Positions 54,711-64,000 of a stretch of 64,000 nucleotides of DNA are shown piece after piece (the stretch's first letter is position 1; each line of letters starts with the position of its first letter). The notes below the pieces were generated by a model. The model had not been told where the DNA came from, searched no databases, and saw only the letters and a program-made list of their open reading frames with translations. The translations under genes were made by a program, and so were the position numbers. The DNA is taken from positions 94,022-158,021 of the IMG/VR virus record IMGVR_UViG_3300032291_003679; one strand, given 5' to 3'. The stretch comes from a virus.

Positions 54711-56021
54711 CTAACCTGTTACTACGATTGTGTAATCGTTTGCACCAATTGATGCACCGTTGAGGACAACGGAAACAGTGTTTCCATTTACGCGAGTTAC
54801 ATCACCAAAAACAGTTGCATTATTGGCGGCAACTTCATAAATCTGAACAATAACATCAGTTGTTCCAAAGTTGTGAGTCACTGTTGTGGTTGATGTTGTT
54901 CCCGATGAAGCAGCACAGCCTTGCTTTGCAATTCTTGCAAGAACAGGAGTACTTGTTGTCAGACCAGAAGCAGATGTTTCTGCAAGATTTGTACGAGCGG
55001 TAGCGGCTGTTGAGGCGCCTGTACCACCGTCTACAACTGCAACATCTGTGCCGTTCCAAACACCAGTAGTGATTGTTCCGAGAGTCGTAATTGTGTTTTG
55101 ACCAGCGTACGTGGAAGCAATGTCGATAGCGTTAGCCGAGACAGAAATACGGTCAGCTGTGCCAACAGCGTTGACTGTTGCGCCGTCTTTTGTAAGACCG
55201 TCACCTGCAATTACTGCTCCAGCACCAGAAAACTGAACCCAGTTCATTGCATCGGTACCAACAGTAATTGGACCGTTGCTTGAAACTACGAAGCCAGAAT
55301 CTGCGTTTACAGTTCCTTCCTCAACGAAAGTAAAAGTTCCACCAGACACTGTTCCTGTATCTGCAGTGCCGTTTGCGTCAGTTGCGCGGACGGCTGGGCC
55401 AGAAGACTGAACAACGTAGATACCGTTTTGTGATGCTGTCCCTTGGTTCTTAACAAGAACGCGGTCACCAGCAACAAGGGTTACTGTGGTGTCGATTGTG
55501 TCGCCGGCCTCAAGTTCGGTCGAAAGGTTGACTGCGGCAGTAGTAGCGGCACGAACTGACTGCTTAACATCAAGACCCTGACGGGCTGCGTCTACATAAC
55601 CCTTGGTAGCGGCGTGGGCAGGGTCAGTAGGGGTAGCAACCTTGATGTTGCCGCTTGCGTCCCTTATGACCAGCTTGCTTGCCGTAGCCTCTGAAGTTGC
55701 ATCAGCTAGCTTGCTGAAGTCGGAAGCAGAAAGTAGACCAGCGCTTGCGGAAGTTGCAAGATTTGGCGTGATGGTTATTGAACCGTTTGATTCGTTGATA
55801 GTGAGAGAGGTTGATTGGCTACCGGTAGATGTAACACCGGAAATCATCTTTCGCCATGCTGATGCCGTGGCGTCCCACACCTTGATGACGCCTTCACCGC
55901 TATGGAAAAACATTCGGCCGTCGAAGTTGCCAGTATTCGGGTCTGTACCAAGCACTTCAAAAGTGGCATTAACCAGCTGATTCTGGTTCAGGTCAATATT
56001 TGTAAGAAATTTTTGTGCCAT
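54711..56021 (-). CDS. Virion fibre/decoration protein
   Basis: AATKGYVD..QGLDVKQSVRAAT, DRVLVKNQ....NGIYVV, C-terminal THNFG domain. Confidence 0.7.
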   Translation of the reverse strand: MAQKFLTNIDLNQNQLVNATFEVLGTDPNTGNFDGRMFFHSGEGVIKVWDATASAWRKMISGVTSTGSQSTSLTINESNGSITITPNLATSASAGLLSASDFSKLADATSEATASKLVIRDASGNIKVATPTDPAHAATKGYVDAARQGLDVKQSVRAATTAAVNLSTELEAGDTIDTTVTLVAGDRVLVKNQGTASQNGIYVVQSSGPAVRATDANGTADTGTVSGGTFTFVEEGTVNADSGFVVSSNGPITVGTDAMNWVQFSGAGAVIAGDGLTKDGATVNAVGTADRISVSANAIDIASTYAGQNTITTLGTITTGVWNGTDVAVVDGGTGASTAATARTNLAETSASGLTTSTPVLARIAKQGCAASSGTTSTTTVTHNFGTTDVIVQIYEVAANNATVFGDVTRVNGNTVSVVLNGASIGANDYTIVVTG

Positions 56022-56034
56022 CTGGCCCTCGCTT

Positions 56035-56352
56035 TTAGGTTAAATACGCGTATCCTGAAAAAGGGACTGTAAATAAAACTTTTATTTGAGTGTCGCTATC
56101 ATATTGTACTTCACCAATAACAACAGTTCCCGCAGAATCAACAACCATTATCGAAGGCCTTCCACCCAAGCTGTGGGTTATTGTCCACACCGATGCAGCA
56201 ACCCCTTGGTTGTGTACGTATCTTCTTGTGTTCCCGCCGCTTGTAGATAAACGGACAACAACCTGATTGGGGGCGTCCTGATTTACTAAAACCTTGTTGG
56301 CCGTATCTTCGTTTACGATTACGTTATTTGGAACGCTATTGCTATCGCTCAC
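56035..56352 (-). CDS. Small virion protein (THSLG domain)
   Basis: YVHNQ..A..VWTITHSLG..PS..VVDSAG...FSGYAYL. Confidence 0.65.
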   Translation of the reverse strand: MSDSNSVPNNVIVNEDTANKVLVNQDAPNQVVVRLSTSGGNTRRYVHNQGVAASVWTITHSLGGRPSIMVVDSAGTVVIGEVQYDSDTQIKVLFTVPFSGYAYLT

Positions 56353-56732
56353 CTGGTTACCTCTGGGCTGAGGTTAAAAATTCCTTGTAGAATTCTTGAC
56401 ACAATATTTCCAGAACTGATTATCTCCAGGTCATATACTCCGCTCGTAGACACGGAAGCGGTTACGTTTGCTGGGGCAAATATCAATATCTTATTGACAT
56501 CTCCAGCTATTGGGTTTATGGTCAAACCACCATTGGCTGTCGTCAGCTCAAGAAGAAAACTTGGTGAGTCAATAGTTCTTCTTACTTGCATTCGCGCTGT
56601 GTAGCCTGCCAGGCTAAATGGCACAAAAGTATTGCCTGTAGGGTCTTCCTCTAAATCGGGTTGTTCGATTTCCAGGGTACGCGTAAAAGTGGAACCCTGC
56701 TGACACGTGATGTTGTAGTTGCCAGCCAACAT
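56349..56732 (-). CDS. Virion structural protein (BppU-N-like)
   Basis: YNITCQQGSTF, LAGYTARMQVR, GVYDLEI, SPEVTR; GGAGG upstream of ATG 56732. Confidence 0.65.
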   Translation of the reverse strand: MLAGNYNITCQQGSTFTRTLEIEQPDLEEDPTGNTFVPFSLAGYTARMQVRRTIDSPSFLLELTTANGGLTINPIAGDVNKILIFAPANVTASVSTSGVYDLEIISSGNIVSRILQGIFNLSPEVTR

Positions 56733-56842
56733 TGCGAAGAATGCCTCCAGAGTAAACAGGTTCACAAAGATTGTAGATTACGCAGGGCCTTTGTTGGCCC
56801 AAGTATTTAGTGCACTTTTTCAATTATTCGTTTATCTCTTTA

Positions 56843-56871
56843 TTGATGTCGACGAATTTCTTTAATAGTCT
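56843..56871 (+). promoter_or_regulatory. Housekeeping-sigma-like promoter TTGATG-N17-TAGTCT for the glycosylation cluster
   Basis: Canonical 17-nt spacing upstream of ATG 56885. Confidence 0.45.
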
Positions 56872-56884
56872 GAAAGTGATTTTT

Positions 56885-57976
56885 ATGAAAAAACCGCAAA
56901 AGCCAACTATCGCTTTTTTGACCCACGACTGGGCATGGGGTACCGAACCACTGCAGCCAAATGGGTGTTGCTGGTATCGGTGCAAACTACCTTCAGACCA
57001 GCTAAACAAGCGTGGCTGGTTTACTGCTGTCGGCTTCCCTGGGTTTAATGAAAAGCGCGGCTTCGGAATGCTCGTAGACGATGGGCGAGCAGTCCACGGG
57101 TGGGACATAATTGTATTAAAACTGTTGATGCAGAAAGAGATACTTGAGTCAATACCAAAAGCTCAAGCGATGGGGCAAAAAATAGTTGTTGATATTGACG
57201 ACTGGTTTGATGGCCTTTCTAAGTCAAATAGGGCATTTGAAGCTACAGACCCTAAAAACAACCCAGACTCTAATCGAGAGATTTATGCTCAAATAATTAT
57301 GGCTGCAGATGCGATAATTACCTCAACGCCTTTTCTTTTTGAGTACTACGGAAAAAAGCGCGACAACGTGTTTATGGTTAGAAACGGAATAGATACTGAC
57401 CGGTGGAAAAAAAAGCAATTTAAGACAAATAGAAAATTGAGGATTGGATGGGTTGGGGCTACGCACTGGCGCTCAAACGACCTTGAGCAACTTTCTTCAT
57501 TTATGGGGAAATACGTAAAACAAAAAAATCTTATGTTCCATCACTCTGGACATAATCCAAATGCTCCTGATGCACATGAACTACTCGGAATACAGAAAGA
57601 ACTTTCACAAGTTACAGGAATGGCTCCCATACTTGACTACCCTCAACTTTTGACACCAATTGATATTGGGATAATCCCGCTAAACAACATTGAATTCAAT
57701 CACGCTAAATCTTTTATTAAGGGATTGGAATACGCAGCAGCCGGTGTCCCCTTTGTGTCTTCATATTCTCCCGAATATCAATATTTAGCGGATAATGGTA
57801 TAGGTCGAGTTGCGAAGAATGAAAAAGAATGGATTTATCATCTGGATGAATTGCTTAATCCTCAAAAACGCCTAGATGAAATAAATGAAAATTACTCACT
57901 TCTGCACAAATTCTCAATGGATGCTCGTGGTGACGACTGGGATGCAACGATGCGGTTCATTAAGGACAATGTTTAG
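56885..57976 (+). CDS. GT-B fold glycosyltransferase
   Basis: WYRCKLP, VVDIDD, IGWVG, DIGIIPL...FNHAKSFIKGLEYAAAGVPFV. Confidence 0.85.
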   Translation: MKKPQKPTIAFLTHDWAWGTEPLQPNGCCWYRCKLPSDQLNKRGWFTAVGFPGFNEKRGFGMLVDDGRAVHGWDIIVLKLLMQKEILESIPKAQAMGQKIVVDIDDWFDGLSKSNRAFEATDPKNNPDSNREIYAQIIMAADAIITSTPFLFEYYGKKRDNVFMVRNGIDTDRWKKKQFKTNRKLRIGWVGATHWRSNDLEQLSSFMGKYVKQKNLMFHHSGHNPNAPDAHELLGIQKELSQVTGMAPILDYPQLLTPIDIGIIPLNNIEFNHAKSFIKGLEYAAAGVPFVSSYSPEYQYLADNGIGRVAKNEKEWIYHLDELLNPQKRLDEINENYSLLHKFSMDARGDDWDATMRFIKDNV

Positions 57977-57978
57977 TC

Positions 57979-58632
57979 ATGCAAGACATTCAGTGGACTT
58001 TTGGAATAGTCACAGGATTTGAGGACTATCAAAGACTTAATGACATACTCGATTCAATAAGAGGACTCTCGATTCCAGAATACGAAATTATTCTCATTGG
58101 TGGGGAAAATAATGGCTGCACTCCATCTGCCGAGGATGTTCGAATAATTGATTTTGATGAATCTCAAAAACCTAGATGGATAACGAGAAAAAAGAATATT
58201 CTTGTTAATGAAGCAAAATACGAAAATGTTGTGTTAATGCACGATTATCACGTCTTTGATAAAGACTGGTACTTGAACTTCAAATCTTTTGGTACAGACT
58301 GGGAAATATGCTCATGTCCTCAGTATTTAATTACTGGGGACAGAAACCCCATGGACTGGTCGCTATGGGACAAGCCAAATCATGGCAGGGCATGGTCGCT
58401 TGATTACGACGACTGGTCTCAGACACAGTACATGTATATATCTGGTGGATTTTTCATTGTCAAAAAACATGTACTAATAGAGGAACCGTTAGACGAATCG
58501 CGAGGCTGGAACGAAGAAGAAGACGTTGAATGGTCTATGCGGGTACGCAACAAATACGTGATGAAGTGCAATGGTAAAAGCATTGTTAGACACAACAAAT
58601 GGCATAGACATGCAGGTCCGGAGCCTCAATGA
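57979..58632 (+). CDS. GT2-like glycosyltransferase
   Basis: YEIILIG, KKNIL..EAKYE, MHDY, EEDVEWS. Confidence 0.75.
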   Translation: MQDIQWTFGIVTGFEDYQRLNDILDSIRGLSIPEYEIILIGGENNGCTPSAEDVRIIDFDESQKPRWITRKKNILVNEAKYENVVLMHDYHVFDKDWYLNFKSFGTDWEICSCPQYLITGDRNPMDWSLWDKPNHGRAWSLDYDDWSQTQYMYISGGFFIVKKHVLIEEPLDESRGWNEEEDVEWSMRVRNKYVMKCNGKSIVRHNKWHRHAGPEPQ

Positions 58633-60002
58633 AAAGTCAGAAACTCGTAATATTCGACCTAGACGGTGTGCTAATAGATTCGCGTGATGTTCATTACGAA
58701 TCACTTAATCAGGCGCTTTCTCTTGTTGGTCAAGAATTTGTAATATCTCGCAGCGAGCACTTATCTACTTTTGATGGGCTTGGGACAACCAAGAAGCTGG
58801 AAATGCTCAGCTCGATGAAAGGACTCCCAAGGGATAAACATTCAGAGATATGGGAAGATAAACAAAAAGCGACAATAGACATACTTGGTCTACTTCCAAA
58901 AAACGCGAATGCAATAGACATTATGCAGACGCTAAAAGCAGATGGTTGGAAAATTGCTGTTGCCAGCAATGCTATACGCGAAACAGTAATCACCGCGCTT
59001 AACGCAATTGGCGTTCTACATATGGTGAGTCACATTATGAGCAATGAAGACGTAAAACATCATAAGCCTCATCCAGAAATGTACTGGCAGTGCATGATTA
59101 ACTGTAGCGCAACTCCCTCTTCGACGATAATTGTTGAAGATTCACACATAGGTAGAGAGGGCGCAACTGCATCCGGCGCGCATCTCTTTGCAATAAAAGA
59201 CTCGTATAACCTAGATAAAGAGAGACTATTACGCATGGCATCAGAAATAAACGCAAGCCAAAGAACAAACGTCGCATGGAAAAACGAAAAAATGAACGTT
59301 CTGATTCCAATGGCAGGAGCTGGTTCTAGGTTCTCTCAAGCTGGATACACGTTTCCGAAACCACTTATTGAGGTTCACGGAAAGCCAATGATTCAGATGG
59401 TTGTAGAAAACCTCAACATCGACGCTCGTTTTATATTTTTGGTGCAAAAAGAACATTACGAAAAATACAACTTAAAGCAAGTTTTGAGCATTATTAAACC
59501 GGGTTGTGAAATAGTCATTGTTGACGGGATGACAGAAGGTGCTGCCTGCACAACGCTGCTTGCTTCCGGATTGATAGACAATGAAAACCCTCTCCTTATG
59601 GCAAACTCAGACCAGTTGGTTGAATGGAACAGCAACGAATGTCTTTATGCTTTTGATGCGGACGAAATAGACGGCGGAATCCTAACCTTTAAGGCAACCC
59701 ACCCCAAATGGTCGTACGCCAAAATGGGCGAAGATGGCTTTGTTGAAGAAGTCGCTGAGAAAAACCCAATCTCAGACAACGCCACAGTAGGCATCTACTA
59801 CTGGAAGCATGGTTCTGATTATGTTAAATACGCAAATCAGATGATTGAAAAAGACATAAGAACGAATAACGAGTTCTATGTCTGTCCGGTATTCAACGAG
59901 GCCATTCAAGATGGCAAAAAGATACGCATTAAAGAAGTTTCCGAAATGTGGGGAATCGGAACACCCGAAGACCTTAACTACTACCTGGAGAATTGCAAAT
60001 GA
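58629..60002 (+). CDS. HAD phosphatase fused to a sugar nucleotidyltransferase
   Basis: FDLDGVL, KPHPE, VEDS; then IPMAGAGSRF...PKPLI, EKNPIS, GTPEDL. Confidence 0.9.
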   Translation: MKSQKLVIFDLDGVLIDSRDVHYESLNQALSLVGQEFVISRSEHLSTFDGLGTTKKLEMLSSMKGLPRDKHSEIWEDKQKATIDILGLLPKNANAIDIMQTLKADGWKIAVASNAIRETVITALNAIGVLHMVSHIMSNEDVKHHKPHPEMYWQCMINCSATPSSTIIVEDSHIGREGATASGAHLFAIKDSYNLDKERLLRMASEINASQRTNVAWKNEKMNVLIPMAGAGSRFSQAGYTFPKPLIEVHGKPMIQMVVENLNIDARFIFLVQKEHYEKYNLKQVLSIIKPGCEIVIVDGMTEGAACTTLLASGLIDNENPLLMANSDQLVEWNSNECLYAFDADEIDGGILTFKATHPKWSYAKMGEDGFVEEVAEKNPISDNATVGIYYWKHGSDYVKYANQMIEKDIRTNNEFYVCPVFNEAIQDGKKIRIKEVSEMWGIGTPEDLNYYLENCK

Positions 60003-60706
60003 GCAAAAACAAAAATGACTACCTTGCGATGCAAAACTCGTATTATGACGAGTATGCAAGCCAGTGGTCGCTAGATTTTAGAGACCCCGTCGTTGGCTCT
60101 TATGATGCTCACAACAACTGGCCCGACTATGACGCAGTTTTGTTTAAAGATTTTGATACAAACGGCTTAGTTGCTCTTGAGTATGGCTGTGGTCCAGGAA
60201 GAAATCTTGTGAAGTTTTCTAACCGTTTTGCAAGAATCGACGGAGTCGATATATCCGACGTAAACATTAATAAAGCAAAGATAAACCTTGAGCACAACGG
60301 CATCTCTGGTTCAAACCTTTATGTCACGAGTGGTGACAATTTGTCAATGATAGAAGACGACACCTATGATGTTGTTTTCGCCGTTATTTGCTTTCAGCAC
60401 ATCTGCTCTCACGAAATTAGATTCAGCATTCTCAAAGACATATATCGAGTCTTGAAGCCAGGCGGAAAGCTCTGCTTCCAGATGGGTTATGGAGGAAAAG
60501 AAGGAATCCCTACTGCTGGATACTTTGATGACGTATTTGATGCAGCAAGTACCAATGGCCACGCCGATGTAAGCATCACAGATGAGTCAGATATACAAAA
60601 AGACCTAACCGAGAAGATTGGGTATATCAATTACAAGTCCGACATCAGAGAAACTGGACCTGGGGACAATCATAGAAACTGGATATGGGTTCAGGTTGAA
60701 AAATGA
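59999..60706 (+). CDS. Class I SAM-dependent methyltransferase
   Basis: LEYGCGPG, GVDIS, YDVV, RVLKPGG; ATGA overlap. Confidence 0.9.
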   Translation: MSKNKNDYLAMQNSYYDEYASQWSLDFRDPVVGSYDAHNNWPDYDAVLFKDFDTNGLVALEYGCGPGRNLVKFSNRFARIDGVDISDVNINKAKINLEHNGISGSNLYVTSGDNLSMIEDDTYDVVFAVICFQHICSHEIRFSILKDIYRVLKPGGKLCFQMGYGGKEGIPTAGYFDDVFDAASTNGHADVSITDESDIQKDLTEKIGYINYKSDIRETGPGDNHRNWIWVQVEK

Positions 60707-61977
60707 TTTACATATCGCACAGAGGAAATATAGATGGCGTAAATCCGAGCCTAGAAAATAGTCCATCATATTTAGAAACCGCAATTGAAAAAGGTTTTGA
60801 TGTTGAAGTTGACTTATGGGTTAATGAGTCTGGAATTTTTTTAGGTCATGATGGCCCTGAATACCAAGTGCCACAAGAATGGCTCACAGATAGAAAATCT
60901 CAAATATGGGTTCACTGTAAAAATTCTGATGCGTTAAGTTTTTCGCTGAGAAACGATTTGCATTGTTTTTTTCACGATACTGACGACTACACAATTACTA
61001 GTAAAGGATACGTATGGGCTTATCCTGGCAAAAAACATAGTTCGGACAGGTGCATAAATGTACTCCCCGAAAAGACGTCATTAGATATGCCTGATGGGTG
61101 GGAAGTTAATTACTACGGAGTTTGCTCCGACTTTGTTCAGAAACTAAAGGAGCCTAAGTTGAAAATACAAGATTCACCAATCTTAAAACCAATTGACTAT
61201 AACAAGCATTTTGTTATTGGAACGCCTCTTGTTGGGTGGAAGTGCGATGCAAAAGAACACTTAGAATGGTTGAAAAACAAAAAAGAAATCACTGAGCGTT
61301 TCCCAAATGTTAAATGGTTTTCTGCGTTTGAATTAGACCAACGAGGCCTGGAGCCTTTTAAAGATGTAATTGAAGAACTAAAAGAAGTAAACGGAGACTA
61401 CTGGACCTATTCCATAAATGACATGCAAACATCTGTCACCTCTGGTAATAGATGGATTCGAATAGAGACAGGAAGAAATTTAATTAGAGAATTTGCCCAG
61501 CGACACAGAATAACAAGCGGTCACCACTGGGGAGAAGACTGTACTGAAATTAATTACGGTGTCACAAATTATTCTGCGATTCTTTATGTTGACTCAGATA
61601 TTTCAATAACTGCAGATGTTATTGAAAAGATGCTGGAAGTAGACAGACCGCTGGTTGGAGCTGATGTTCCTTCTTATGGTCTTTCCGGAAGTATCATCAT
61701 GGATAGTCCAAGAATAGAAGAACACTGGACAACCGCTGGGTGCCTTTTGGTTAATGCCCCAGCTTTCTATGATTTGCCCTGGTACCACAACTCATATTTA
61801 AATCTCAGTGACGACCCAACATTCCAGTCAATGGCAGAAAGGCTGCTTCGCCGAGAAGGTGTGAATAATTTAGACACCCCATACGGTATGACTTGGGTCA
61901 GAAAAGACGTGCAAGCCTTGCATCATGGAAACTTAGTTCCGGTTGAGCAGAGAAACATTTCAAAGAGAATCATTTAA
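60703..61977 (+). CDS. GDPD/PLC-like phosphodiesterase domain fused to a GT-A-like domain
   Basis: ISHRGN, ENSP, DVEVD, LGHD, VHCKN, GVCSD; then YVDSD, SDDP. Confidence 0.78.
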   Translation: MIYISHRGNIDGVNPSLENSPSYLETAIEKGFDVEVDLWVNESGIFLGHDGPEYQVPQEWLTDRKSQIWVHCKNSDALSFSLRNDLHCFFHDTDDYTITSKGYVWAYPGKKHSSDRCINVLPEKTSLDMPDGWEVNYYGVCSDFVQKLKEPKLKIQDSPILKPIDYNKHFVIGTPLVGWKCDAKEHLEWLKNKKEITERFPNVKWFSAFELDQRGLEPFKDVIEELKEVNGDYWTYSINDMQTSVTSGNRWIRIETGRNLIREFAQRHRITSGHHWGEDCTEINYGVTNYSAILYVDSDISITADVIEKMLEVDRPLVGADVPSYGLSGSIIMDSPRIEEHWTTAGCLLVNAPAFYDLPWYHNSYLNLSDDPTFQSMAERLLRREGVNNLDTPYGMTWVRKDVQALHHGNLVPVEQRNISKRII

Positions 61978-62029
61978 TAAGCACTCAATAAAATAAGGTA
62001 CAATCTTCACTGGAGAGTCAGTGGGGAAA

Positions 62030-64000
62030 ATGGGCATAAATGTATATTTGCGCGCATTAAAAAGTGCCAAATCAAGAATAAGGTTCAGGAAAAGCTCCTG
62101 GATTGCTTTGCCTGCTCTTTTCCTGGCATTTGGCGGAACCCTTAATGGTGCAGCGCTTGCGTCCCAGGAGCCGGGATTAACGGTAACTGTTTACAACAAT
62201 TTCGGCTATAACGGCAGCCCACCCCTCCCAGCAGTTTCCGGAAGACCAGTTGCCGGAGAGACGACAGTATCAAGGGTTGAGCAAGACTTTGACCAGTCGC
62301 CACCATTTGGGCTCTATGAAGACTTTATTGTTCGGTATGAAGGCTATGTAACCTCTCCGGTTTCTGGTTCTTTTAGATTTTGGCCTCAAGCAGACGACGG
62401 CACTCAGCTCTATATAGATGACATTCGCGTTCAAAACGATTGGCGAGACAAGGGAGGCGGAGGAGCATTTTCATCTTATGTTGATTTTGAAGCCGGTGTT
62501 TCTAAGAAGTTTGAAATGTGGTTTTATGAAAACGGCGGAGGAGCATGGACGACTCTTTATTGGGACATAAATGGCGGATGGGAAGTAGTTCCAGATAGTG
62601 CTTTTACAAAACAAGTAGTTCCAACAACCACAACAACTACAACAGTTGCCCCGTACCTGAACGCTCCACAAAATCTTGAAGTTACATCCACGAATGAAAG
62701 CAAGGTTTATTTATCATGGGACGCACCAGAACAATCAAATACGGAGGTTGAGCGTTATGCTGTTTTCTATTCTTGTGATAATTGGAGTAGTGGTTTTGGG
62801 ATTGCTAGCCTAACCACTAGTGCTGTTGTTGAGGGCCTGGACCCTGAGCAGTCTTGTCAGTTTAAGGTCCGGGCCGACAACGACTCAATACCTACCTACT
62901 CTGGCTGGAGTAATGAAGTTAACGGCGTAACGCTACCTACCACTACCACTACTAGTACAACTACGACCACTACCACTACGAGTACAATTGTTGAACAGGA
63001 GGTTCCCGAATGGACTACGACGACTGTATTGACCCCGCCTGCGACTGTCACGCCGAATGAGCCGGTAGATGAGACACCCCCGAGCGCGAGTTATCCCGAA
63101 GGTGATGGACCCGCCGCCTCGATACCACAATATGCCCCAGAACAAGAGACAACAACACAAACGGACGAACCGCCGATAGTAGTTCCGGAACAAGTACAAG
63201 ACACTGCTGACATTGCCGTAGAAGACATTTTTGATGGACCAATGTCTAATGCAGGAATTGCCAATGCAGTTGATGACTTGATAGCGGATGCAGAAACACC
63301 AACACAACTAACTGCTGTTGTTAATTCGCTTCTTGACCAAGAACTCTCAGACACTCAGTTTGCTACCGTTATTGAATCAGTTTTTGATGGACCTATGTCT
63401 AACGAGAACTTTGCCGCTGCAGTAGACGCAGTATTTGAAGACCCAACTAAACTTTCAGATGCGCAATTTGAAGACGCAGTTACGGCGGTCTTTGATGGCC
63501 CATTGTCTAATGCTCAATTTGAAGACGCAGTAGAAACGGTCTTTGAAGATACAAACTCTCTCAGCAACGAACAGTTTGACGCAGCAGTACAGGCAGTCTT
63601 TGACGAACCACTTACTACGGAACAATTCAGCGAAGCCCTTGATGCTGTGTTTGACGAACCACTTACCGATGAGAAGTTTGACGCCATTGTTGATGCTGTT
63701 TTGGATGCACCTCTTTCTGGTGAACAGTTTGAAGAACTGGTTGGAGTCTTGGAATCCGACACTGTTACCGAAGAACAGGTTGCAGCAGCAGTTGATTCAG
63801 TTATTGAAAACGGAGTTACCGAAGAACAAGCAACAGACCTTGCCACCAGCGAAAAAGTCTTGGAGAGCATCGACGGCGACCAAGCAACAGAAATCTTTGA
63901 CGCTGTTGACATTGGCGCAGTAACGCCAGAAGAAGCAGCACAACTTGTTGAAGCAGTGCAGGAGGCACCAACCGAGGTCAGAGAAGCAATGGAATCTGAA
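62030..64000 (+). CDS. Secreted/surface protein: signal peptide, PA14 domain, Thr-rich linkers, FN3 and acidic helical repeats (partial, runs off the right edge)
   Basis: Not in the track. Hand translation: ...WIALPALFLAFGG...ALA-SQ; ADDGTQLYID, FYENGGGA (PA14); PTTTTTT; APQNL...LSWDAP...FKVRA (FN3). An alternative in-frame GTG start lies at 62021. Confidence 0.85.
   Translation, partial: MGINVYLRALKSAKSRIRFRKSSWIALPALFLAFGGTLNGAALASQEPGLTVTVYNNFGYNGSPPLPAVSGRPVAGETTVSRVEQDFDQSPPFGLYEDFIVRYEGYVTSPVSGSFRFWPQADDGTQLYIDDIRVQNDWRDKGGGGAFSSYVDFEAGVSKKFEMWFYENGGGAWTTLYWDINGGWEVVPDSAFTKQVVPTTTTTTTVAPYLNAPQNLEVTSTNESKVYLSWDAPEQSNTEVERYAVFYSCDNWSSGFGIASLTTSAVVEGLDPEQSCQFKVRADNDSIPTYSGWSNEVNGVTLPTTTTTSTTTTTTTTSTIVEQEVPEWTTTTVLTPPATVTPNEPVDETPPSASYPEGDGPAASIPQYAPEQETTTQTDEPPIVVPEQVQDTADIAVEDIFDGPMSNAGIANAVDDLIADAETPTQLTAVVNSLLDQELSDTQFATVIESVFDGPMSNENFAAAVDAVFEDPTKLSDAQFEDAVTAVFDGPLSNAQFEDAVETVFEDTNSLSNEQFDAAVQAVFDEPLTTEQFSEALDAVFDEPLTDEKFDAIVDAVLDAPLSGEQFEELVGVLESDTVTEEQVAAAVDSVIENGVTEEQATDLATSEKVLESIDGDQATEIFDAVDIGAVTPEEAAQLVEAVQEAPTEVREAMESE
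63200..63790 (+). repeat. About 17-19-aa acidic repeats (AVxAVFDxPLSxxQF)
   Basis: Hand translation; DNA repeats tttgatggacc and tttgacgaaccacttac. Confidence 0.8.

Overview
The window is a 64-kb segment of a large contractile-tailed (myovirus-type) dsDNA phage using the standard genetic code. The host is probably an actinobacterium; this is inferred from many leaderless starts, the holin type and a Thr-rich surface protein. Layout from left to right: (1) 1-11.4 kb, minus strand, an inverted head module with a small membrane protein, an HK97-type portal with a MuF-like extension, and a giant ORF missing from the supplied track (8918 to beyond the left edge, at least 2972 codons). That ORF fuses an HK97-type prohead protease, a HiPIP-like 4-Cys domain, a complete ArdC-like antirestriction module, a UvrD/Rep-type SF1 helicase and an unknown domain. 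(2) 11.5-21 kb: terminase, Rad52-like annealase, RecB/Cas4-like nuclease, HNH, RuvC-like resolvase, a ParB / PAPS-reductase-like / ParB-like trio and a very basic protein. (3) 21-41 kb: neck, sheath, tube, tail chaperone with a likely -1 frameshift, tape measure with an M15-like peptidase, baseplate and fibres. (4) 41-57 kb, minus strand: collagen-like and Gly/His-rich fibre proteins and a holin, co-oriented with a flavin halogenase, three 2OG-Fe(II) oxygenases and glycosyltransferases. (5) 57-64 kb: a sugar-activation/transfer cluster and a secreted PA14-FN3-acidic-repeat protein running off the right edge. The best candidate for a new system is the protease-headed cargo polyprotein. Its domains are separated by a recurring L-S-S-G-type motif that also occurs twice in the tape measure, and the protease part is joined to the cargo through an A10 run with stop codons in both alternative frames. 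Also notable are a phage promoter class TAGTTRCAY-N21-TANNNT and a possible virion-protein halogenation/hydroxylation/glycosylation cassette. All family calls come from motif recognition by eye, the giant ORF was translated by hand, and no database searches were run. I recognised no tRNA, rRNA, CRISPR array, integrase or reverse transcriptase.
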